From an uncultured Microthrixaceae bacterium (GTDB lineage: Bacteria; Actinomycetota; Acidimicrobiia; Acidimicrobiales; VFJN01), in assembly GCA_963715505.1 (NCBI GenBank), contig OY970242.1, forward strand, positions 1,551,810 to 1,615,809: 64,000 nt of DNA, given 5' to 3'. The position numbers and the translations under genes were made by a program. This document shows, one piece after another, positions 27,984-39,136 of the stretch. The notes under the pieces are model-generated. The model saw only the letters and a program-made list of their open reading frames with translations. It did not search any database and was not told where the DNA came from. Position 1 is the stretch's first letter, and each line of letters starts with the position of its first letter.

Positions 27984-29021
27984 TCACCGGAACTGCCGGA
28001 TCGTCCCGGATTGGTGGGTTCGGGGCAGCGGACCGGGGCGGCCGAGCTGGTAGCCCTGGGCACCCGCCACGCCCATCCCTCGAAGCGTCTCGAGCTCCTC
28101 GGGGGTCTCCACGCCCTCGGCCACCAGCGTGGCGCCGATCTCGGTGGCGAAGCTCACGAGCGCCGACGCCAGCGTGCGCCGGACGGTGTCGACGTTGCAG
28201 CGCCGGATCAGGTCGCGATCGAGCTTGATGATGTCGGGTGCCAGCTGGAGGATGTGGCGGAACGACGCGTACCCCGCCCCGGCGTCGTCGACCGCCAGGC
28301 GCAGCCCCAGCCCGCGGAGGCGCTCGATCGACCGCTGGAGCTCGTCGTAGGACTGGATGTGCACGTGCTCGGTGAGCTCGACGACGCAGCGACGGGCGTC
28401 GTGCTCGCGGAACAGGGAGAAGAACCCGTCCGACACCAGCACCGAGGGGCTCGCGTTGACGCTCAGGTAGCACTCGTCGGGTACGTCGGGCAGCAGCCGC
28501 AGCGCCTGGTCCGCGGCGAGGAGCTCGAGCTCGACGGTGAGCCCGGCGTCGGCGGCGTCACGGAACCACAGGTCGGGTGGGCGAGCGTCGGCGAAGCGGG
28601 CCAGCGCCTCGTACCCGATGACCTCGAGCGGCCCGTTGATCGAGAAGATCGGCTGGACCTCCACCCGCAGGTCGTCGGCCGCGATGCAGCCGCGGACGCG
28701 GGTTCGAAGGGCGGCCAGGGCGTACGCGCTGGCCCGCTCCTTGGCCCGGTACTCCTCGAGGTGTGCCTCCGCGTCGGCGAGCTTGGCCTGCTGGACGATC
28801 GCTCGTCGGCGGCGGCGCAGCAACGGCACGCAGAGCAGCCCCACGGCGACGGCGGCGACGTGGTTGTCGATGGCGTTGCCGGACCACGGCAGCGGGATCT
28901 CGTCGTCCTGCACGATGTTGGCGACCACGTCGGCGGTGAGGCCTGCCACGCCCGTCGCGATGGCGATCGCCATGGACGCCACCCAGGTCCGGGTGAGCAG
29001 ACCTTCCCTGAGCTCGGACAA
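27984..29021 (-). CDS. Membrane-anchored EAL-domain protein
   Basis: Two TM helices; QPIF, EALARF, ELTE, DDAGAG, KLDR, EGVE, QGY. Confidence 0.88.
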   Translation of the reverse strand: MSELREGLLTRTWVASMAIAIATGVAGLTADVVANIVQDDEIPLPWSGNAIDNHVAAVAVGLLCVPLLRRRRRAIVQQAKLADAEAHLEEYRAKERASAYALAALRTRVRGCIAADDLRVEVQPIFSINGPLEVIGYEALARFADARPPDLWFRDAADAGLTVELELLAADQALRLLPDVPDECYLSVNASPSVLVSDGFFSLFREHDARRCVVELTEHVHIQSYDELQRSIERLRGLGLRLAVDDAGAGYASFRHILQLAPDIIKLDRDLIRRCNVDTVRRTLASALVSFATEIGATLVAEGVETPEELETLRGMGVAGAQGYQLGRPGPLPRTHQSGTIRQFR

Positions 29022-29099
29022 GCTGCGCCTCCACGACGTCCCGACGGCGGTCCTCCGCTACCCGCCCGCGGGCTCCCGTAACCGGCGGGCGGCCCCGCC

Positions 29100-29885
29100 T
29101 TACAGCCGGTACTGGACGATCCGGGCGAAGTCCTCTGCCTGGAGGCTGGCTCCACCGACGAGCGCACCGTCGATGTCGGGCTGCGCCATCAGCTCCGCCG
29201 CGTTGTCGGGCTTCACCGAGCCGCCGTACTGGACGCGCACCGTGGCGGCGGCGTCGGCCCCGAAGCGCTGGGCCACCACCTCGCGGACGAGCGCGCAGAC
29301 CGCCTGCGCGTCGTCGCTGCTGGCGGTGCGGCCGGTGCCGATCGCCCAGATCGGCTCGTAGGCCACGACGAGGCCGCCGACCGCGTCGGCGCTGAGGCCC
29401 GCGAGGCCCGCCTCGACCTGGCCGCGCACCTTGGCCTCCGTGCTGCGGGCCTCGCGCTCGTCGAGCGTCTCGCCGACGCAGAGGATCGGCACCATCCCCC
29501 AGCGCAGGATGGCCGCCACCTTGGCGTTGACCTGCTCGTCGGTCTCGCAGAACAGCTCGCGGCGCTCGGAGTGCCCGGCGATGACGTAGCGGACGTCGAG
29601 CTTGGCCAGCATCGCCGGCGACACCTCGCCGGTGAAGGCCCCCTTCTCCTCCCAGTGGCAGTGCTGGGCGCCCAGCGCGATCGGGATCGGCTCCTTCTCG
29701 CTCATGAAGTAGGTCTGGACGGTGCGCAGGTCGGTGAAGGGGGGGTGGACCGACACGTCGACGGCGTCGTGGTCCTCCGCGGTCAGCAGGTAGGCGAGCT
29801 TCTGCACCAGCTGCAGCGCCTCGAAGTGGTTGTGGTGCATCTTCCAGTTGCCGCTGATGAGCGGCTTGCGGGGGGCCGAGGTCAT
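29100..29885 (-). CDS. tpiA: Triosephosphate isomerase
   Basis: GNWKM, GAFTGE, GHSERR, AYEPIWAIGTG, YGGSV. Confidence 0.97.
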   Translation of the reverse strand: MTSAPRKPLISGNWKMHHNHFEALQLVQKLAYLLTAEDHDAVDVSVHPPFTDLRTVQTYFMSEKEPIPIALGAQHCHWEEKGAFTGEVSPAMLAKLDVRYVIAGHSERRELFCETDEQVNAKVAAILRWGMVPILCVGETLDEREARSTEAKVRGQVEAGLAGLSADAVGGLVVAYEPIWAIGTGRTASSDDAQAVCALVREVVAQRFGADAAATVRVQYGGSVKPDNAAELMAQPDIDGALVGGASLQAEDFARIVQYRL

Positions 29886-29929
29886 GGCCGGAGGCTATTG
29901 CCAGCGGCGCCGCTGGGTAGCAACCCCCC

Positions 29930-30937
29930 ATGCGCGACGAGATCGACCTCCACGACCACCGACTCGACCAGGACGGCGACGACCGCGGCCGGGGGGCCGA
30001 GTCGCCCAGCGACATCCCGGCGCGGGGCTGGAAGGACGTGCTGGTCAGGACGGCGGCCGAGGCCAAGCGCGACCACGTGACGCTGCTCGCGGCGGGCGTG
30101 GCGTTCTTCGGGCTGCTCGCCCTGGTGCCCACCATGATCGCCGCCGTGGCGCTCTACGGCCTGGTCGCCGATCCCGCCGACGTGACCCGCCACGTCGACG
30201 AGCTGCTCGGAGCGGCCCCCGGCGCGGCCCGCGACCTCCTGCTCGACCAGCTCCGTGGCGTCACCGAGGAGTCCTCCGGCGCGGGCGTGAGCCTCGCCAT
30301 CGGTCTCGCCGTGGCGCTCTGGGCCGCGTCGAGCGGCGTCAAGCACCTCATCGACGCGCTCAACGCGGCCTACGACGAGGAGGAGGGCCGGGGGTTCTTC
30401 AAGGTGCGCGGCCTGGCGCTGCTCCTGACGCTCGGGGCGATCCTCTTCGTGGCGGTGGCGGTCGTCGTCCTCACGGTGGTGCCCGCCCTCGTGGAGGCGT
30501 CGGGCCTGGGAGACGCCGCCGGCCTCGCCATCAACATCGTCCGGTGGCCGCTGCTGGCGGTCGGCTTCGCCGTCGCGCTCGCCGTCGTCTACCGGTACGG
30601 CCCGGACCGCGACGACGCCGAGTGGCGGTGGGTCTCCCCCGGCGCCGTCGCCGCCACGCTCCTGTGGCTGGCCGCGTCCGCCGCCTTCTCGATCTACGTG
30701 TCGAGCTTCGGCAGCTACAACGAGACCTACGGCAGCCTCGGCGGGGTCGTGGTCGCCATGCTGTGGCTGTTCCTGACGGCCCTGGCAGTGCTGCTCGGCG
30801 CCGAGCTCGACGCGGAGCTCGAGCGCCAGACCCGCCACGACACCACCGAGGGTCGCGACGAGCCGATGGGAGCGCGGGAGGCGCACGCCGCCGACACCGT
30901 CGGCCCCACGGCCGGGCAGGTGAGGGCCACCAGCTAG
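29930..30937 (+). CDS. YihY/BrkB family membrane protein
   Basis: AAGVAFF, ALNAAY, YRYGP, YNETYGSLG, LLGAEL. Confidence 0.9.
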   Translation: MRDEIDLHDHRLDQDGDDRGRGAESPSDIPARGWKDVLVRTAAEAKRDHVTLLAAGVAFFGLLALVPTMIAAVALYGLVADPADVTRHVDELLGAAPGAARDLLLDQLRGVTEESSGAGVSLAIGLAVALWAASSGVKHLIDALNAAYDEEEGRGFFKVRGLALLLTLGAILFVAVAVVVLTVVPALVEASGLGDAAGLAINIVRWPLLAVGFAVALAVVYRYGPDRDDAEWRWVSPGAVAATLLWLAASAAFSIYVSSFGSYNETYGSLGGVVVAMLWLFLTALAVLLGAELDAELERQTRHDTTEGRDEPMGAREAHAADTVGPTAGQVRATS

Positions 30938-32064
30938 GGGCCGGGCCACTCCCCGCGCAGGGCCTGCAGCCCGGGGAGGTCGCCCTTCTCGAGCAGCTCG
31001 AGGGACGCTCCGCCGCCGGTGCTGATGTGGTCGATGCGATCGTCGAGCCCGAACTGGGCGACGGCCGCCGCCGAGTCGCCGCCGCCGACGACCGTGAAGG
31101 CGCTCGTCTCGGCCATCGCCTCGGCGAGGGTGCGGGTTCCCGCCTCGAAGCGGGGGTCCTCGAACACGCCCATCGGCCCGTTCCAGAACACGGTGCGAGC
31201 ATCGAGCACGGCGTCGCCGAACTCGGCGGCGGTGCCGGGGCCGATGTCGAGGCCCTTCCAGCCGTCGGGCAGCGCCGTGCCCATCTGCCGCACGTCGCCC
31301 CCGGCGCCGGGATCGCCGATCACGCCGCCCGGGCCGAGCGCGGTCACGTCGGAGGGGAGGCGGATGGGGGCGCCGCCCTCGAGCAGGCGCCGGCAGGTCT
31401 CCACCATGTCGTCCTCGCAGAGCGAGTCGCCGATGGGGTTGCCGAGGGCCTTGAGGAACGTGAAGCACATGCCGCCGCCGATGAGCAGCTCGTCGGCGAC
31501 GCCGAGCAGCGCCTCGATGACGGTGAGCTTGTCGCTCACCTTGGACCCGCCGAGCACGGCGACGAAGGGCCGCGTCGGCGACTCGCGCAGCGTGGTGAGG
31601 ACCTCGACCTCGCGGGCGAGGAGCCGGCCGGCGGCGCTCGGCAGGAGCTGCGGCGGCCCGACGATCGACGCATGGGCGCGGTGCGACGCACCGAAGGCGT
31701 CGTTCACGTAGGCATCGAAGCCCTCGACGAGCCGGGCGACGAACGCCGGGTCGTTGGCCTCCTCGCCGGGGTCGAAGCGGAGGTTCTCGAGCAGCTCCAC
31801 GCCGTCGACCAGCTCGGCGAGGCGCTCCCGGATCGGTGCGACGGAGTAGCGCGGGTCGGCGCTGCCCTTGGGCCGGCCGAAGTGGGTGCACGCGACCACC
31901 GACGCCCCGTGCTCCTGGAGCCAGGTGATCGTCGGCAGCGCGGCCCGGATGCGCAGGTCGTCGGTGATGCGGCCGTCGCGCACCGGGACGTTGAAGTCGG
32001 CTCGCAGGAGCACCCGCCTGCCCTCGAGGGGCAGGAGGTCCTCCAGGACGGGGACCGTGATCAT
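30934..32064 (-). CDS. pgk: Phosphoglycerate kinase
   Basis: RADFNVP, LLENLRF, NDAFG, WNGPMG, GGGDS, STGGGASL. Confidence 0.97.
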   Translation of the reverse strand: MITVPVLEDLLPLEGRRVLLRADFNVPVRDGRITDDLRIRAALPTITWLQEHGASVVACTHFGRPKGSADPRYSVAPIRERLAELVDGVELLENLRFDPGEEANDPAFVARLVEGFDAYVNDAFGASHRAHASIVGPPQLLPSAAGRLLAREVEVLTTLRESPTRPFVAVLGGSKVSDKLTVIEALLGVADELLIGGGMCFTFLKALGNPIGDSLCEDDMVETCRRLLEGGAPIRLPSDVTALGPGGVIGDPGAGGDVRQMGTALPDGWKGLDIGPGTAAEFGDAVLDARTVFWNGPMGVFEDPRFEAGTRTLAEAMAETSAFTVVGGGDSAAAVAQFGLDDRIDHISTGGGASLELLEKGDLPGLQALRGEWPGP

Positions 32065-32074
32065 GCGCGGGCGG

Positions 32075-33088
<1,014 letters not shown>

Positions 33089-33157
33089 CTCGAGGTGCTC
33101 CTGGGGGTGTAGGCGGATCCGGGCCATCCGAGCAGATCGGTCAGCCCGGTTCCAGTT

Positions 33158-34057
33158 CTAGCGGGCTCCCGCCCCGCTCGTCAGCGAGGCGAGCACCGGC
33201 CCGAGCTTGGCGGGGTCGTGGAGCAGCCCCCGGGCGTTGGCCACCTCCGCCTCCACGACGTCGACGTCGAGGACGCCGCGAGCAAGGGCCCCGGGGTGCA
33301 GCAGCACCTGATCGGGGTGGATGCCGTGCCGGCCCAGGGCGGCCACGTGCGCCGCGACGTCGTACCCGCGGGCCTCGGCCTGCTCGGCGCGCACGTTGGC
33401 CACGTAGACCAGCCGGGCGCTCGTGTCGACGAGCGCCTTGCGGACGTCGCCGACGACCGCAGCCGCGAGCACGCTCGTGTAGAGCGAGCCGGGACCGAGC
33501 ACGACGAGGTCGGCGTCGCGGATGGCCTCGATGGCGACGGTGGAGGCCACCGTGCCCTCGGGCTCGACCCAGACCTCGTGGATCCCGATGGTCGTGGCCA
33601 CCGCCACCTGGCCTGCAACCGCTGCTCCCTCGGCCGTGCGGCCGCAGAGCACGACGGCGTCGTCGGTCACCGGCACCACGCGCGCCCGGGCGAGGTCGAC
33701 GCCGGCGGTGCGCGCCACCTCGTCGCATGCCGACTGCAGCTCGCCGAGCTCTTCGGTGAGGGCGAGCAGCAGCAGGTTGCCCATGGCGTGGCCGGTGAGC
33801 TCGCCGGCGTCGAAGCGTCGCTCGAGGACCTGGGCCCAGACGTGATCGGGGTCGGCCAGGGCGGCGAGGCAGCGCCGCGCGTCGCCGAGGGCGGGGACGT
33901 CCCACGACTCGCGCAGGCGACCGGTGGAGCCGCCGTCGTCGGCCGTGGACACCACCGCCGTGACGTGCCCCGCCCAGGGCGCCACGGCCCGGAGCGTCAC
34001 GGCCAGGCCGTGCCCGCCCCCGATGGCGACCACCCGCGGCGAGGCGGAGCCGGTCAC
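33158..34057 (-). CDS. yvcK: YvcK/GlmR (CofD-like) gluconeogenesis factor
   Basis: GGGHGL, ADDGGSTGRLR, GHAMGNL, GPGSLYTS. Confidence 0.92.
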   Translation of the reverse strand: MTGSASPRVVAIGGGHGLAVTLRAVAPWAGHVTAVVSTADDGGSTGRLRESWDVPALGDARRCLAALADPDHVWAQVLERRFDAGELTGHAMGNLLLLALTEELGELQSACDEVARTAGVDLARARVVPVTDDAVVLCGRTAEGAAVAGQVAVATTIGIHEVWVEPEGTVASTVAIEAIRDADLVVLGPGSLYTSVLAAAVVGDVRKALVDTSARLVYVANVRAEQAEARGYDVAAHVAALGRHGIHPDQVLLHPGALARGVLDVDVVEAEVANARGLLHDPAKLGPVLASLTSGAGAR

Positions 34058-34908
34058 TTGTCGATGTCCCGGTGGACGACGGTGGGCGCGAAGCCCCGCT
34101 GCCGCAACAGCTCGGAGACGGCTTCGGCGATCGTGACGGAGCGGTGCCGACCACCCGTGCAGCCGAAGGCGAGCGTCAGGTACGACTTCCCCTCGGCGAC
34201 GTAGGCGGGCAGCACGAGGGCGAGCAGGTCGTCGAGGCGGGCGAGGAAGTCCTGCGCAGCCTCCTGCTGCATGACGTAGTCGCGCACGGGCTCGTCGAGG
34301 CCGGTGTGGGGTCGCAGCTCCTCGACCCAGTGCGGGTTCGGCAGGAAGCGGCAGTCGAGCACGAGGTCGACGTCGAGCGGCAGGCCGTGCTTGTAGCCGA
34401 ACGACACGACCCTCGTCTGCATCCCGGTGTGGGACGTGTCGTCGCCGAAGAGGCCGACGATGCGAGCCCGCAGCTCGTGCACGTTGAGGTCGGAGGTGTC
34501 GACGACGACGTCCGCCTCGGCCTTGACGGGCTCGAGGGCGGCGCGCTCGCGGTCGATCGCCTCGCCGAGACCCTCGCCCGGCGCCATGAGCGGATGCCGG
34601 CGGCGGGAGCTCTCGTAGCGGCGGACGAGGACGTCGTTGCTGGCATGGAGGTAGAGCTGGCGCACGCGGTCGCCCGAGGCGCGCAGGCCGGCGAGCGCCG
34701 GGAGCAGCTCGGGGTGGTAGGGCCCCACGCCGATCACGAGGGCCACGCGCGAGATCGTCGAGCCGGGGGCCTGGACGAGCTCGGCCACCTTGGGGATCAG
34801 CTCGGGCGGCAGGTTGTCGATCACGAACCAGCCGAGGTCCTCGAGGTCCTTGGCCGCCTGTGACCGACCTGCCCCAGACAGCCCGGTGATGACGACGAAC
34901 TCACTCAT
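34054..34908 (-). CDS. rapZ: RNase adapter RapZ (YvcJ)
   Basis: TGLSGAGRS, DNLP, SFGYKHG, RFLPNP, GCTGGRHRS. Confidence 0.95.
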   Translation of the reverse strand: MSEFVVITGLSGAGRSQAAKDLEDLGWFVIDNLPPELIPKVAELVQAPGSTISRVALVIGVGPYHPELLPALAGLRASGDRVRQLYLHASNDVLVRRYESSRRRHPLMAPGEGLGEAIDRERAALEPVKAEADVVVDTSDLNVHELRARIVGLFGDDTSHTGMQTRVVSFGYKHGLPLDVDLVLDCRFLPNPHWVEELRPHTGLDEPVRDYVMQQEAAQDFLARLDDLLALVLPAYVAEGKSYLTLAFGCTGGRHRSVTIAEAVSELLRQRGFAPTVVHRDIDK

Positions 34909-34977
34909 CCGTCGCCGAGGCTAGGCGCGCGGCGCACCGTCGTCCCCAGTCCGGGAGCCGAGGCCGTGGTGGCTAGT

Positions 34978-36038
34978 TGTAGGTCCCATGGACGTTGCTG
35001 ACAGGTAGGCGGGTCCACCGATGAGTTGAGCCTCCGAGGAAACGTGTGGCTGTCGAGGTCACAACGCTTCCAAGGAGGCTCGATTGCACCGTAACGCCAG
35101 GCTCACCGAGTGGGGCCGACAAGAGCTCGTTCGTCGAATGGACGCCGGGACTCCGGCCGCGACGGTCGCCCGGCAGATGAACGTGTCGCGAGACACGGTC
35201 TACAAGTGGTGGCGGCGCGCCCATGCCGAACCTGACGGCGCGTGGTGGCGGGACCGGTCCAGCCGCCCCCACCGCTCGCCGGCGAAGACCCGCCGGAAGC
35301 TCGAACGGAAGATCCTGAGCCTTCGTCGCAACAAGAAGCTTGGCCCCGGCCGCATCGCGGGGCGTCTGGAGATCGCCCCATCGACAGTGCACGCGGTCCT
35401 CGTCCGCAACGAGGTCTCTCGGTTGGCGTGGATGGACCGCCCGACCGGTCGGGTGATCCGCCGCTACGAGCACGACCACCCCGGCGACCTGGTCCACGTC
35501 GACATCAAGAAGCTCGGTCAGATCCCACCGGGCGGCGGCTGGCGCGCCAACGGTCGCACGACCGAGAGCCGCTCGGCGGCCCGCCGACGCAAGGTCGGCT
35601 ACTGCTACGTGCACTCAGCCATCGATGACCACTCCCGACTCGCCTACAGCGAGATCCACGACGACGAACAAGCCGTCACGGCCGCCGGGTTCTGGCGGCG
35701 AGCCCGCACCTTCTTCGAAGCCCACGACGTCACCGTGCGTGCCGTGCTCACCGACAACGGCGGCTGCTACCGCTCTCGCGAGTGGCTGAAGGAAGTCGTC
35801 GCCGGAGGCGCCTCCGCCCGCTACACCCGGCCCTACCGGCCCCAGACCAATGGCAAGGTCGAACGCTTCAACCGCACCCTCCTCGAGGAATGGGCCTACA
35901 CCCGCACCTACCGCTCAGAAGCCGAACGACGTCGACGACTCGACACCTGGCTCCACCTCTACAACCATCACCGCTGCCACACCGCCCTCGGCGGCCAACC
36001 ACCCATCACCCGCGTCGACAACGTGTCTGGGACCTACA
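34978..36038 (+). mobile_element. Complete IS481-family insertion sequence
   Basis: TGT...ACA ends; IRs TGTAGGTCCCATGGACGTTG / TGTAGGTCCCAGACACGTTG; 6-bp TSD GCTAGT (34972-34977, 36039-36044). Confidence 0.93.
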
Positions 36039-36043
36039 GCTAG
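35084..36043 (+). CDS. IS481 family transposase
   Basis: HRNARLT, HVDIKKLG, IDDHSR, TDNG, PQTNGKVERFNRTL; stop codon supplied by the target site. Confidence 0.95.
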   Translation: MHRNARLTEWGRQELVRRMDAGTPAATVARQMNVSRDTVYKWWRRAHAEPDGAWWRDRSSRPHRSPAKTRRKLERKILSLRRNKKLGPGRIAGRLEIAPSTVHAVLVRNEVSRLAWMDRPTGRVIRRYEHDHPGDLVHVDIKKLGQIPPGGGWRANGRTTESRSAARRRKVGYCYVHSAIDDHSRLAYSEIHDDEQAVTAAGFWRRARTFFEAHDVTVRAVLTDNGGCYRSREWLKEVVAGGASARYTRPYRPQTNGKVERFNRTLLEEWAYTRTYRSEAERRRRLDTWLHLYNHHRCHTALGGQPPITRVDNVSGTYS

Positions 36044-36054
36044 TGTCCGGCGCC

Positions 36055-36909
36055 ATGGGGGACGGCCGGGGTACGTCGGGTGTCACCACGACGGACGGCT
36101 CGGTCTCGGTCGTCATGGCGTGCTTCAACGAGGTGGCGACCGTCGCCGAGTCCTGCCGGCGCGTGCTGGCCTCGCCGCTGTGCGGCCAGCTCGTCGTGGT
36201 CGACGACGCGTCGACCGACGGCTCGTTCGACCAGGTCCGCGGCATCGAGGACCCGCGGGTGGAGCTCGTCCGCCAGGAGGTCAACCGCGGCAAGGGCGCC
36301 GCGCTGCGGCGTGGCTTCGCGCTGGCCGAAGGTCCCTTCGTGATCGTGCAGGATGCCGATCTCGAGTACGACCCTGCGGACCTGCCGCTCCTGGTGCAGC
36401 CACTGGCGGACGGCCTGGCCGACGTCGTCTACGGATCGCGGTTCCAGTCGGGACGCCCGCATCGCGTCCTGTACTTCTGGCACAGCGTCGGCAACCGGGT
36501 GCTCACGCTCGCCTCGAACGCCTTCACCGACCTCAACCTCACCGACATGGAGACCGGCTACAAGGCGTTTCGCAAGGAGGTGCTCGACTCGCTCGACCTG
36601 CGGGAGGACCGCTTCGGCATCGAGCCGGAGATCACGGCCAAGGTGGCCGCGGGGCGCTGGCGCGTCTACGAGGTCGGCATCTCCTACAGCGGCCGGACCT
36701 ACGAGGAGGGCAAGAAGATCGGCTGGCGCGACGGCGTGGCTGCGTTCGTGAGCATCATCCGCCACTCGCCCCTGCCCCGGCGCGTCGCACGTCGAGCGCG
36801 CTCGATCTCGTCCCCGGCCTGCCCTTCGGCGCAGCGCCGATCGATCAGCAGCGACAGGACCGCCAGGCACATGGGTGGCGTCAGGACGCGCAGGGCGTCC
36901 CCGGGATAG
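36055..36909 (+). CDS. GT2 glycosyltransferase (polyprenol-phosphate sugar synthase-like)
   Basis: VDDASTDG, NRGKG, QDADLEYDP, VYGSRF, TDMETGYK, GKKIGWRDG. Confidence 0.9.
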   Translation: MGDGRGTSGVTTTDGSVSVVMACFNEVATVAESCRRVLASPLCGQLVVVDDASTDGSFDQVRGIEDPRVELVRQEVNRGKGAALRRGFALAEGPFVIVQDADLEYDPADLPLLVQPLADGLADVVYGSRFQSGRPHRVLYFWHSVGNRVLTLASNAFTDLNLTDMETGYKAFRKEVLDSLDLREDRFGIEPEITAKVAAGRWRVYEVGISYSGRTYEEGKKIGWRDGVAAFVSIIRHSPLPRRVARRARSISSPACPSAQRRSISSDRTARHMGGVRTRRASPG

Positions 36910-37793
36910 GCCAGCACGTTGTCGCCGAGGCACAGGGCGAGCACACCCCAGGCCCCGGCGTGCCAGGCGAGCGCGCTGCGCGGTGCGCGCACCACCGCAG
37001 CGATCGCGACGACGCCCACGAGCAGCGCCAGCTGCGCAGCCGCGAGGTGGCCACGACCGCCGGTCATGGCGTCGACGATGTCGGCCAGTGGCGGTGAGAT
37101 GGCCCTCGCCCGGGCGGGGCCGTCCGCCAGGAAGGGCCACTCGCCCGAGCGGAGCCGGATCGAGCCCCACCACAGTGCCGCCGGGGCGAGGGCCGCCAGC
37201 CGGCCGAGGGCCGCCCGCCGGTCACCGCCGCGCCACGCGACATAGGCGCTCGGCAACGCCGTGATGGCGCCGACCTCCTTGGTCAGGGTCGCCGCGGCGA
37301 TCGCCACCACGCACAGGCGCTGGCGACCCTCGATGGTCGCCAAGGCGGCGGCCAGCACGAGCGCCGTGAGCAAGGTGTCGGCCCACCCCGCACGAAACGC
37401 CAGCCACAGGCCGGGCACCACCAGCACGGTCAACCCGAGCAGCGGGTGGCGAGCGGCCCGACCGGCGATGGCCACCGAAAGGGCGACGGTGGCTGCGAAG
37501 GCCAGCGGGGTGACGAGCGCCTGGGCGGCGTCGAGGAGGCCCCCCTGGCCCAGCGCCATCGCCCAGGCGAGCAGCGGCAGACCGAGCCGCCCGTAGCGGT
37601 AGGCCGCGTCGCCGCCCTCGACGTCCGAGGCGTCGAGGTCGCCGGCCACGATCCGGAAGTGGACGGCGTCGTAGGCGATGAACCGCTCCCAGCCCTGGTC
37701 CGCGGCCAGCCAGCCCGTGATGACCAGGCCGCAGGCGAGCGCGACCGCTCCGGCCTTCAGGGCAACAGGCCACGAGCGCACCGAGCGCGTCAC
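36699..37793 (-). CDS. Multi-pass membrane protein, GT-C-like (surface glycopolymer)
   Basis: YD..HF..VA, YRYGRLG.PLLAW and TKE motifs; many TM helices. Confidence 0.7.
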   Translation of the reverse strand: MTRSVRSWPVALKAGAVALACGLVITGWLAADQGWERFIAYDAVHFRIVAGDLDASDVEGGDAAYRYGRLGLPLLAWAMALGQGGLLDAAQALVTPLAFAATVALSVAIAGRAARHPLLGLTVLVVPGLWLAFRAGWADTLLTALVLAAALATIEGRQRLCVVAIAAATLTKEVGAITALPSAYVAWRGGDRRAALGRLAALAPAALWWGSIRLRSGEWPFLADGPARARAISPPLADIVDAMTGGRGHLAAAQLALLVGVVAIAAVVRAPRSALAWHAGAWGVLALCLGDNVLAYPGDALRVLTPPMCLAVLSLLIDRRCAEGQAGDEIERARRATRRGRGEWRMMLTNAATPSRQPIFLPSS

Positions 37794-39136
37794 GAGGGCA
37801 GCGGCGAGCCCGCTCGCTCCCTGGCGGTCGGCAGACCACGGACCTCACGGTCCAGCCACCACAAGACGGATGCGAGCAGCACGGCATGCAGCAGCCACCC
37901 CGCCGAGCCGAGCGCCATGGTGAAGATGGTCGGCATGAAGCCTGCGCCGCTCACATCGTCGAGCTGGCTCTCGATCAGCCAGCCGCCGTCCGGGACGAGG
38001 TGTCGGGCATAGAGCGGCCAGAACATCGAGAACGCCGAGATGGCGCCGAGCACGCCCACCAGTCGCGGCCGCGCCGACCACGCAGCTGCGATGCCGATCC
38101 CCAGGAAGGGAAGGGCCGGGGTGAGGTACCGAGGTCCAGGCATCTCACCTCCCCACGGGTTCGGCCAGCCGGCCTGCAGCAAGAAGAACCCGGCCAGGAC
38201 GCCCAGTCCCACGATCCCGTCGTCTCGCCGAGCACCGGGCTTCCGCGCCAGCATCGTCAGTCCCCAGATCCCGGCGGCGACGATGGGCGTGAAGAGGAGC
38301 AGGCCACGACTGCCGAAGAGGATCTCGAGCGCCTGCAGGGGGTCCGGCGCTCCGGTGACGAGCGGTGACGCTCCCTCGTGCACCGGCTTCTCGCGGTACG
38401 CGGTGGTGATCGGGCTGCCGAGCAGCGCCCACTGATACGCGCCGAGCGCCAGCGCAGCGGGGACGCCGCCCGACGCGAACGCGACGAGCTGCCTGCGGCA
38501 CCGAAGGGCCAGCCACCCGATCAGCAGGACCACGACGATGGCGAGCTGATACTCGACCGTGACTGCTGCGCCGGCGAGCAGGCCGGCCGCGGCGGCACGC
38601 CGGGCGGTCAGGTCCCCCGTCCGAAGCAGACGGAAGGCTCCGAAGGCCAACGCCGCAGCAAGCACGTTGCCGTAGAGCTGCGCCGCGAACGGCAAGAGCA
38701 ACGTCCCGAACGCCACGCCGGCAGCACCCGCCAGCGCCGCCCGGTGTCCGAGCGATCGGGCAGCACCGTAGACGAGCAGCACGATGGCCACGGCGGGGAC
38801 GACCGAGGACCACAAGGTGACGAGCCACACCCCGAGGTTCCCTCGCAACCGCACCACGTTGGCTGGTTCGGCACCGAGCGCCTTCGCTGCCGCGTAGGCC
38901 GGAACCGACAGGAACGGCTGGCCCGGCGCCTTGTCCGAGTAGATGTGGCCCTCGTGCTCGAGCCGATCGACGAAGACGCCCGCCTCGTACCGGTCGAGCT
39001 GCAGCGTCTGGTGCTCGAGCAGGGCTGCGGAGAGCACGTATCGGGGCGCGGTCGCCGCGGTGTACTCCTGCACCACCGGGCCGACGACGAGGACGAGCAG
39101 CGCGGCGAGCACCAGCGGGGCACGCTCGGCGATCAT
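37790..39136 (-). CDS. Multi-pass membrane protein, GT-C-like
   Basis: YSDKAPG loop, RGLL.FTP and GG...GPRY motifs; roughly 10 or more TM helices. Confidence 0.7.
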   Translation of the reverse strand: MIAERAPLVLAALLVLVVGPVVQEYTAATAPRYVLSAALLEHQTLQLDRYEAGVFVDRLEHEGHIYSDKAPGQPFLSVPAYAAAKALGAEPANVVRLRGNLGVWLVTLWSSVVPAVAIVLLVYGAARSLGHRAALAGAAGVAFGTLLLPFAAQLYGNVLAAALAFGAFRLLRTGDLTARRAAAAGLLAGAAVTVEYQLAIVVVLLIGWLALRCRRQLVAFASGGVPAALALGAYQWALLGSPITTAYREKPVHEGASPLVTGAPDPLQALEILFGSRGLLLFTPIVAAGIWGLTMLARKPGARRDDGIVGLGVLAGFFLLQAGWPNPWGGEMPGPRYLTPALPFLGIGIAAAWSARPRLVGVLGAISAFSMFWPLYARHLVPDGGWLIESQLDDVSGAGFMPTIFTMALGSAGWLLHAVLLASVLWWLDREVRGLPTARERAGSPLPS

